A DNA stretch of 64,000 nucleotides from assembly GCA_000091205.1 (NCBI GenBank), contig AP006502.2. One strand, written 5' to 3'. Origin of the DNA: Cyanidioschyzon merolae (taxonomy: Eukaryota). Positions 56,356 to 64,000 of this stretch are shown in pieces. A model generated the notes under the pieces. The model saw only the letters and a program-made list of their open reading frames with translations. It had not been told where the DNA came from and did no database searches. Within the stretch, counting starts at the first letter, position 1. Each line of letters opens with the position of its first letter. A program made the translations under genes and the position numbers.

Positions 56356-56958
56356 TTAAAGGTAAGAAGCGAGCCAACGAAAGCCCTCTGCATACCCCAT
56401 GCGACGAACAACACTACACATGAAGATCTCCAGAGGCCGCACGTCCTTGGCGCCTCGGGCGTTCATTCCGCGCGGGGCGCCCGCTTTGCCGGTCGTCAGG
56501 TGGTGCAGACCCAACGCCGTCCGCAGCTCTTCTTCACTTGCTGCATACGGTATATCGATTTTGTTCCCGAGAATCAGAAACGGCACATCGCTGAGCTGTT
56601 CGTCGGCGAGGAGGCGATCGAGTTCAGCCTTGCTCTCGGGGAAACGCTCTCGGTCGTTCGCGTCGACTATGTAAACGATCGCATCAACGTTTGTATAGTA
56701 GTTTCGCCAGATCTGGCGTGCTACTTCATGACCACCAAGGTCAAATGCGCGAAACCGCACGTTTCCCAATATGACCTCCTCTGAAGTGGCGTGTTGTGTC
56801 GGAACGTGTTGCGCTAGCCGGTCGTCTTTCAAGACGTGCATCAGCGTCGTCTTCCCGGCGTTGTCTAAGCCAAGGAAAAGTATCTTAGCATTCTTGTAGT
56901 AGAGCCCGAGGTAACTCAGCAAGTTCCACAGCCAATCGAACATGTTTACACGCACCAC
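56356..56958 (-). CDS. SAR1: SAR1 COPII GTPase
   Basis: '[83 protein letters not shown]'. Confidence 0.9.
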   Translation of the reverse strand: MVRVNMFDWLWNLLSYLGLYYKNAKILFLGLDNAGKTTLMHVLKDDRLAQHVPTQHATSEEVILGNVRFRAFDLGGHEVARQIWRNYYTNVDAIVYIVDANDRERFPESKAELDRLLADEQLSDVPFLILGNKIDIPYAASEEELRTALGLHHLTTGKAGAPRGMNARGAKDVRPLEIFMCSVVRRMGYAEGFRWLASYL

Positions 56959-57360
56959 CAGCGACGAGGTCTTTCGAACCTCCGCGTCTCCAAGCGGGTC
57001 ACACGAATTCGTACACGCGCTGGCACTGTGAAGGCAGACAGACTGCAGTCTGCAGTGCGCGATGCGCTGACGCGCGACGCAGGACGAGCGTGCCGGCGCG
57101 CAGTATGGAGCGGTACCTGAAACTGCCTCTTTATGGACATTGCGAACGTCATTCGAGACAGCGCTCTGTGTTTCGATGCTTTCTGTTGTCCATGTCGATC
57201 GTTGACCATGAGAGCATGTGGTTTGTTCGGTATCCCATTAAGCTCTACATAGGTGCATGCATGCGAACACGGAGGCGTGGCAAGCAATCTTTTCGCGAAG
57301 CATCTCATGAGGTGCACACACTGAAACACACGGAGCAGTGATCGAGCATATTCGATCAAC

Positions 57361-57420
57361 GGATCGATGATGCACACAAACACCCACACACACACACACT
57401 CACTCACGCAAACACACACT
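57361..57420. repeat. CA-rich microsatellite
   Basis: 'cacacaaacacccacacacacacacactcactcacgcaaacacacact'. Confidence 0.85.
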
Positions 57421-59239
57421 GATCCAGGATCCATGATTGCGCGTCGGTTATCCGTGCGTCTGTGAGCGAGGCTTTTTCATGAAGCGCTACGCATCGAGTT
57501 TCTCACAGCCACACTCATACAATCCGCCGAAGATAATGTTTCGTTTCGATGATTCTCCAGGTGCAGCGTCTGTCGTGCGTACAGCGGTGCTCAAGTGCGT
57601 GCGCTGAAGTACGCGGCTGCGCAGCGCAACGAACGCTGCGTTCGGGGGTGGCGCGTTGCGTCGCATCCCTGGTGCGCTGCGGCAGCATCATTGCTGGCGG
57701 CACGGGCATTCAGTTGTGGCGCTCTCAGATGATCTGAATGGAAATACAGTTTCTTTTGATGCTGAGCGGCCTCGGGCGTTTCTATGGTACGGATGCTATA
57801 TAGATTGCGCTGTGCCCTAGACTGAGGGCTTCATCCAGAGATTTCGGCGTCTCGCTAGACGATCGGGGTGCGCGTGCGGTGCGAAGCTGCAGCTTCTGTG
57901 CGTTTTACGCTTTGGCATTGCTCGTCTCAGGTGCGAAGGTGATGTTGCAGCGTCGGCATATCGGGAGGCTCGGAAATCCTCGCATAGGGCTATGTCTCTC
58001 CCAATTCGCTGGGAACAGCGCCTGCATGCTCAACGGAAAGTCCGTGCGCTGCGCTCAGCACGGAACAGAGCGTCGCCGTACTTCCTGACACGCGAGAATT
58101 TTGTGGCCTGGACTCGAAATCCGGGTCGCGTGCAACGGCTCATGACCAGCAGGTGCTCGACGCTGTATCCAGTATGCACAGTACCTGCACTAGGAGGTCA
58201 TGGATAAATATGGTACGCTTGTTTTGCCAACTATTTAGAGAAGAACATGCGATACAACACTGATGGGTTCGAGCGACGGCCGCACGCGGCGAACCCTAGC
58301 TCGGGTCCAGTGACGCCCCAGAGTCGTTCTCGAAAAGGCCAGCATGGAAGAATGCTATGCTGTGCGCCCGAAGGAAGCAGCGCGTTTGCCAGATGAGTCT
58401 GCGTATGCTGCGCAACGAGGCTTCGCGGCGGAGACCACGTCGCGGTATCTGTCCGCTCCATAAATAAGAGGTTTCCGCAATAAATCAGAGTGTAGAGTTC
58501 AAGTCGAGCGGAGGATAGACTTCAGCGAACGTCGCGTCATGATGCGGAGCGCAAACCGATACTCCCGCATGCATATGCCGCATGGGTATCAGCTCGCTAC
58601 CAGAGCAGCCATATAGCGATGCTTTTGAGGGCGGCGCCTAACCGTCCATCCCCGCTAGGTAAAACGCGGCAGCGGCATATCGAACGCCACAGCAAGCGCC
58701 TACGCTAGGTTCGGCGCCTAGGTTCTCGCTTGATCAAACCGCTATGACTAACCGAAACGCTGATAAGGAGCGTGTCCAGCGCGACATCATCAGCGGCGGA
58801 CCGATAGTCGCTTGCCGGGCAGTCGTCGATGCCATCCATCGATGCGGTACGAAACATAGAAGCGAGCAGACATCTTTCATGACGAACCACCTCGACCCAT
58901 ATAGTCCATATTAGTCTGATTTGGTACTAATTTACACAGTGACGTGCGGAGATCCGCGGACGACAGCACCGCGGCGCGTGACACAGCCGGCCGCCGTGCC
59001 GCGTCGTCGTCTCCGCCTGCGCTACTTTTTGCAGAGCCTCATCGCCGTCGACGGTGGTTGCAGTTTCGCTTAGCATAGAGCGTTTTCGGGGCGCGTTGTT
59101 CAGCTACACAGACATACGCTGCTACTTGGGCACTGCTGCACCAGCTGGAGGATCTGGCTGCATAGTGGGCAGCGTTTTGAAGAGGACTGGATCCCAACAG
59201 GAACTCGCGCGTAAGCTTTGCGTCGTTCTACGCTAAACC

Positions 59240-59497
59240 ATGACGTTGCTGGAGAGCGACTTGTTGCACCCACCGAAGGAGTCGGAGGCGCGGAAGCACA
59301 AACTCAAGCGACTCGTGCAGTCGCCGAACTCCTATTTTATGGACGTGAAGTGTCAGGGGTGTCTTGCGATCACAACCATCTTTTCACACGCCCAAACTGT
59401 GGTTGTGTGCGGGAGCTGCGCGACCGTGCTGTGTCAACCGACCGGCGGAAAAGTACGACTCTCCCAGGGTTGCTCGTTCCGCAGAAAAGTAGATTAG
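59240..59497 (+). CDS. RPS27: 40S ribosomal protein eS27
   Basis: '[61 protein letters not shown]' (C4 zinc ribbon of eS27); ends with TAG. Confidence 0.9.
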   Translation: MTLLESDLLHPPKESEARKHKLKRLVQSPNSYFMDVKCQGCLAITTIFSHAQTVVVCGSCATVLCQPTGGKVRLSQGCSFRRKVD

Positions 59498-59571
59498 AGG
59501 TTTGTTGAACCAATTGCTCCAATGGGCACGTTGATGTAAAGGTTGAAGCAGCTTCTCTCTTTTATGACGAG

Positions 59572-60135
59572 CTAATCAATCACGTGCAGAGGAATGGATC
59601 GGCTTTCTTGGCCTTCCCAGGGCTTCCACTGCGCCATACACTCTATGAGGTCCAGCTCGTCATACGCCGTGGCGAGCAGTTCCTCCACCAGGCCCGCGCC
59701 GATCTTGTCTTCCAGCGCTTTCCGATCGTCCAAGTGTGCTTCAGTGACCTCCAAGCGGTACCGAGTCAAAAGCTCGATGTTTCTGCGGTAGGCAGACTCG
59801 GGGGCCAACGTTTGGACGCGCTCCAAGATCGTGCGGTACGCAGCACGGAGTTTCGCTGTCGCGTCAGGGTCCGGCCGAAGTCCTGCGGGGTAACCCACTG
59901 GGTGCGGCTGACTCCAGTCTATTTCGCCGCTGCTCAAGTACACCCTTGCTCTGTCCCGGGTTTGCCCGTTCCCCGTATCGTTGCACAGCGTTCGGCGAAA
60001 GAGGAGAGCGCTAGCGACGGCTCCCGTCTCGCTCGCCAGCACCGGGATGCGGGCAGAAGCCAGCTCTGACCAGTAAAGCGGGGCAAATGATCTCTTGAGC
60101 GTTTTCCACGGCGGAAACGCCCGAAAAATCCGCAT
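59572..60135 (-). CDS. NADH:ubiquinone oxidoreductase subunit NDUFA5/B13-like. The ORF extends to 60348, but the conserved domain is C-terminal; the start is assigned to an internal Met with presequence-like N-terminus
   Basis: 'ESAYRRNIELLTRYRLEVTE...LEDKIGAGLVEELLATAYDELDLIECMAQWKPWE' parallels NDUFA5 'AAYRKYTEQITNEKL...[34 protein letters not shown]'. Confidence 0.55.
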   Translation of the reverse strand: MRIFRAFPPWKTLKRSFAPLYWSELASARIPVLASETGAVASALLFRRTLCNDTGNGQTRDRARVYLSSGEIDWSQPHPVGYPAGLRPDPDATAKLRAAYRTILERVQTLAPESAYRRNIELLTRYRLEVTEAHLDDRKALEDKIGAGLVEELLATAYDELDLIECMAQWKPWEGQESRSIPLHVID

Positions 60136-60284
60136 CCGAAAGCTCCTGGCCAACGAACACGGGTACCGTAACAGCGAGAACCGCGCAGGCGTTGCGTGCC
60201 GAAAGGGCCAGATCAAAACGAGAGCGCTGAAAACTGCGCACTCCATATCTTTCGATCGATTTTCCGGAGCTTTCATGAGATATA

Positions 60285-61400
60285 CAGCCTCGACATTCCA
60301 AGTGCGACAATGAGTGATTACGGATTCATGCACAATTTTAGGATGCATGGTCTTTTTTTTCTGAGGTGACTCGTTCGATGCTTTGCCGTCCGAGTTTTTA
60401 CCATCACCGGAATCGAGGTGATTCGCAGCGCCAGCGATCGGTGATTCGTTAAATAACCGATACCATCACCGGGCTCATACGTACACGCCCTCATGCTCCT
60501 CGTTTCCTTGCGTGCAGTGTGCTCAAATCAAGCATTTTTCTAGATTTCGATCTTTCAGTTTTAAGGCAGCTCGTGGGTTCAGCAACTGATGTCGCCTCAT
60601 GAACGTTGAACAAACCTGACGTCATCCCTTGACGAGTTCCGCACGGACTCATGCCGAAACTTCGCTGAACTTTTCATGTGAAATAATCGATTCCGTTCGA
60701 GCGACAAGTCCTCCTCTCTTGTGGAAATCTATGAAACGGCATTCAGCGCAAGCATGGAACCCTTCACGGGATATGCTCCCAGGGGTGACCGTCTCTTCTA
60801 TTTGCGAGGCAATGGTTTCGAACTCTGACTTTAATCATCACGGAGATCGCTCGCAAAGGAGAACGCGTCATCGGTTCGCTGGAAAGAAGCGCTCACGGAT
60901 CGGAATATCTCGACTTGATCTTCAGCATGGATTTTGCTTCCGGTACTTGCTCCATCATCGACAATATCGCGTTCCACAAATCGTCTATCGAATAGAACAG
61001 TGTGCGCTTGCGTGTGCAGTGGACAGCGCACTCTCTGAGAAGATCATTCCGAAAAGCCCGCGATCACAGGATGCAGAATCGGGCGCGGAAACGAAGGAGA
61101 GCATACAGGAAAGCCTCCCGTACCCGTCAATAGCATGTACTGAGCGATGAACGACGCGTTCTCGAAGAATAGCGCAGCGCTCCAACGAGGAACTGTGGTG
61201 GACATGTACGAACACCTGACCACTACAAAGTATCACCGCGGCGAGGGACGCATTTGGGCTGTATCCAGAGAAGACCAACCTGGCGAGCGAAGTTTACACC
61301 ACAATGCCTGCCTGTGCATAAAATGCGGTGACAACAGCCGAATGCAGCGAAATCTGGACTTGAACGCAGCCATTAACGTCGTTTGACCGCTGACAATGAA
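60285..61400 (+). mobile_element. Family-2 TnpB-like element (copy A), the most complete copy (~1.1 kb): 5' region, body, and C-terminal zinc finger plus RuvC-III; one frameshift
   Basis: 61147-61386 encodes '...HHNACLCIKCGDNSRMQRNLDLNAAINVV*' (CxxC plus 'RDxNAAxNI'); upstream 'TVVDMYEHLTTTKYH' aligns with family-1 '[12 protein letters not shown]'; 60285-61026 is homologous to the 780 bp repeats. Confidence 0.55.
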
Positions 61401-61830
61401 GCTGCAGTGACAGGAATGACCGGTGCCCTTAAAGTCGTAGATAAGAGAGAGGAGAGGGAAGCAGTCGGAGAATAATCCCGAAAAAGGCTCGTGTTGATAT
61501 TCGTGGAAAGAGAACCCAACTTTATCATGCCCGCCCGAGTTGCGTTCGTATACCCATCCCATTTTACTCGTAGATGGGTACAGAAGCATCCGATTTGGAG
61601 AACAAGACCTTGTGTGCCGCAACATATTCATTCCACGTCAGTGGACACACACACAGAGGCATTTCTGCGCATTTTTCGATTCGAAGATGCGCGTCCTCGC
61701 AAACATTTGCAACAGTCTATTGTAAAGCGTACATAGCCTCAGCTCGCTGGCTAGCTCCACAGTAAAAGTGTCGGCGCATGGACGCTACTCTGAATGAAGC
61801 CACGTATACAGTTGGCTGGTTCGAGTTCCG

Positions 61831-61866
61831 CAGCAGCAGCAGCAGCAGCTGCTGCTGCTGCTGCAG
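61831..61866. repeat. Perfect palindromic microsatellite (CAG)6(CTG)6
   Basis: 'cagcagcagcagcagcagctgctgctgctgctgctg' is its own reverse complement. Confidence 0.9.
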
Positions 61867-62481
61867 GATGCCGCATGGCACGGCTATAATCTGGGCTTGT
61901 ATCGATGCCAGATGCGAACGATTCTGGACACGCCTGGAGGCGACTCGCACGCGTACCTGCAACTCGCACGCCTAAACTGGCACCGGATATCGTTCGTCCG
62001 CTTTGCCTTTGCAACGTAACGTATCGTCGAGCGTCGTCTTGAAACACATGGATGCTTCATTCAAAACCGGACCAGTCCGTCATAGAGGTGACTCAACGGA
62101 ACGCCCGCAATTCCCGCCAAGAAGCAAGCCTCTGCTGTCTTGAGAGGCGCGTTTGAAGTACGAAGTAGGCAACTATCAGCCGACCGCAGATATGCGGCAC
62201 GTGCATGCCACGCAAGTCGCAGAGCACAGACGACAGCGTTCAGCTCCATCGAATGGCGTCAAGTCGACTGCCACGGAACCTAGGAGCCATCGAAAGCGTC
62301 AGATGATCTGGTGTGATTCCGGTTCCGGGAGCGTCGCCATATCACCAACCACCGACTGCGACATGTATGTATGGACGCTGCGGTGATACGCGCGCTCGCC
62401 AGAGAGCATCCCGCGTTACAGGGACACGGTGTGTACGGTGTTCGTGGGGCCGCGGTCGTCGAGGCCGCCTTTCGCCAACCC

Positions 62482-63111
62482 TCATTCGTAACAGAGACTG
62501 ATCTGCTCGAAAAACAGCGGGGAGCCTAGTGGAGATTCGCAGGGTATTTTTTTCGTTGAAACTGTCATGTGCGGTAAGAGGTACCGAGCAGCCCTGTTTA
62601 ACCGAAATTCTACGATGCAAGCTTCACGATCTTCATGGTGCTCGGGGTGCTGCTCTGGCGGTCGTTCCAGAACGACCAATACAAGCGGTACCTCGTTACG
62701 ACCGGCTACCGCGATGGCTGCCTCCGTAAAGCGTGGCTGCACACAGAGAAGGCCCAAAACACCTGCGAGACCCGTCTTGTTCACCGAGTGTCCTTCAAGC
62801 TCGCGTTTCCAGTTGCGCACGGCACCCTCGAACTCACGCACCACGGACGGTCCTACTGCGCGTTTCAACTGTTTACACTGCACGGCGAGCGCAAGCCGCC
62901 GCAGTGCGACGTTCGCCGTTCCCGACTGCTGAAGTTGCACGCACCACGTCCCAAGAGCGTCGATGCCGCCGTCATAGGACCCACCAGTAAGCGACAAGCT
63001 CAACGTCGGTCCCAGAAGGTTCTTCAGACGCCTTACTACAAGCAGCTCAAACGCGCGCCCAGTCATGATTTGTATGCTGAGCTGCGCGTACAGGTGCCAC
63101 CCCGCACGCAC
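62482..63111 (-). CDS. Rrg7/Mrr-like restriction-endonuclease-fold protein (a mitochondrial 'required for respiratory growth 7' family in fungi)
   Basis: 'MTGRAFELLVVRRLKNLLGPTLSLSLTGGSYDGGIDALGTW...ALAVQCKQLKRAVGPSVVREFEGAV' matches the Mrr_cat core (ELxV...GG.DGGIDl...vQCK). Confidence 0.4.
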   Translation of the reverse strand: MRAGWHLYAQLSIQIMTGRAFELLVVRRLKNLLGPTLSLSLTGGSYDGGIDALGTWCVQLQQSGTANVALRRLALAVQCKQLKRAVGPSVVREFEGAVRNWKRELEGHSVNKTGLAGVLGLLCVQPRFTEAAIAVAGRNEVPLVLVVLERPPEQHPEHHEDREACIVEFRLNRAARYLLPHMTVSTKKIPCESPLGSPLFFEQISLCYE

Positions 63112-63525
63112 AACTGGGCGTTCAGCGACTAACGACGCGTTGCGTTCGTGATACGGAGGCCTACAGACGACACGATGAGCACGTGATCAGTTCCGGAGCA
63201 GCGCGCACCGCTCGTTTGTGCGCTTGTACGCTCCACAGGTCCAGCATCACGCGTCTCGTCCACAGTGAGATTCAATCACGTCGGACGCCATGGGCAGAAG
63301 CTGGATACAGAAGTCGCTGTTGCTGCTGCTTCTGGGACAGCACCGCGTTCGGCCCTGTTGCTGCCTGCTTCTTACACCAGAGTCGCTGTAGGTACGTCCT
63401 TAAAGTCCAGCAAAATCCCTTTTATACACTTTCTTCTAAAATGACGCATGTGGCAAACGCTGCGCATTTTTTTTGAAAGCCTGCCTCCTCCACGCGCTGC
63501 GCTATCATCTGCACCGCAAGCCGCC

Positions 63526-63750
63526 ATGGAACCCCCGGCGGAAGCAGACCCCCGGAAACTGTCCGAGAAACAGCAAGAGTTCGAGTCTCTTCAGCAAGTT
63601 CGCAACTACTCGGCCCAACTGGTGGAGAATTTATCTACTTTACACGATAAGTTAGAACGCGACATGCTGCTACTTGAACAAGCCGTTCGTATGTTCACGA
63701 CACCAAGCGTGTCCAAAGATGCACCAACGAGGCAAACCAAGGGCAGATAA
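63526..63750 (+). CDS. Small coiled-coil protein, hypothetical
   Basis: 'MEPPAEADPRKLSEKQQEFESLQQVRNYSAQLVENLSTLHDKLERDMLLLEQAVRMF' heptad-like; no family assigned. Confidence 0.2.
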   Translation: MEPPAEADPRKLSEKQQEFESLQQVRNYSAQLVENLSTLHDKLERDMLLLEQAVRMFTTPSVSKDAPTRQTKGR

Positions 63751-64000
63751 AGCACCTTGGTGATTTCTTTGATAGTCGTGATGACGTCTCGACCGAAAGT
63801 TCAGCTTGGATTCCGTTTCGTACTGCTCAGTGCTGTGAGAGAGCAGCGCGGAACACCGGCACGACGTGTCAGAGCTACCGCCTACCTGCTTTTCAGGAAC
63901 GCTTCACCCTCGATTCCAAGCATTGAAGACGCAGAACGCTTGGAACCGCAGCGACATATGCACCGTGTATCCGGCGGTAAAGGCCGGCGGCTGTTAAAAG

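Noticed and set aside
1-64000. Prokaryotic or polycistronic (kinetoplastid-like) origin, given the long intronless ORFs
   Set aside because: The gene set is eukaryotic: SAR1, NMD3, KRI1, BAF60, eS27, mitochondrial carrier, NDUFA5. Strands alternate gene by gene rather than forming long same-strand clusters. A GT-AG intron is present.

Overview
This 64 kb window looks like nuclear DNA from a GC-rich (~57%), intron-poor eukaryote, possibly a protist, alga or oomycete; the taxon cannot be named from sequence alone. Genes sit on alternating strands as mostly uninterrupted long ORFs. TAG and TGA both act as stop codons; for example the eS27 gene ends with TAG.

About 19 housekeeping genes are recognisable by motif:
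- kynurenine 3-monooxygenase
- ELO fatty-acid elongase
- a PPAT-like nucleotidyltransferase
- ABC1/ADCK kinase
- NRAMP metal transporter
- an Arf-like GTPase
- YchF/OLA1 GTPase
- an ARM-repeat Ser/Thr kinase
- KRI1
- a RibF-type FAD synthetase
- a RETICULATA-related-like membrane protein
- a mitochondrial carrier
- an Eco1/ESCO acetyltransferase
- NMD3
- BAF60/SWIB
- SAR1
- ribosomal protein eS27
- NDUFA5
- an Rrg7/Mrr-like protein

The most interesting content is mobile DNA of the TnpB/Fanzor type, the eukaryotic homologues of the OMEGA RNA-guided nucleases.

Family 1 has two ~2.4-2.5 kb near-identical copies in inverted orientation, at 15563-17941 (+) and 35141-37679 (-). Each encodes a ~700 aa protein with:
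- a K/R-rich NLS-like N-terminus
- a RuvC-I motif ([13 protein letters not shown])
- the Fanzor-specific 'GxGxW...TPAPT...VDEFRTS' RuvC-II region
- a degenerate zinc finger
- a canonical RuvC-III motif (NRDLNAAINV)

RuvC-III is reached only after removing a 29-nt GTGAGT...CTAAC...CAG intron that both copies conserve. Both copies also share an in-frame TAG just before that exon. Each ends in a conserved ~180 bp non-coding 3' tail, which is a candidate omegaRNA/right-end region.

Family 2 is a more compact and more decayed TnpB-like family. Its C-terminus reads CxxC...RNLDLNAAINV. At least seven fragments are present:
- 260-560 (-)
- 10550-11326 (+)
- 21379-22159 (+)
- ~38360-39480 (+)
- ~43270-44810 (-)
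- ~48150-49080 (+)
- ~60285-61400 (+)

The two ~780 bp direct repeats that flank the NRAMP/Fanzor/Arl segment are 3'-truncated family-2 copies sharing the same truncation point.

Other repeats:
- a ~62 bp-unit minisatellite (49430-50095) abutting a truncated family-2 copy
- several CAG/CTG/GGC microsatellites
- a perfect (CAG)6(CTG)6 palindrome
- a GC-rich low-complexity region (22680-24450) with no confident gene
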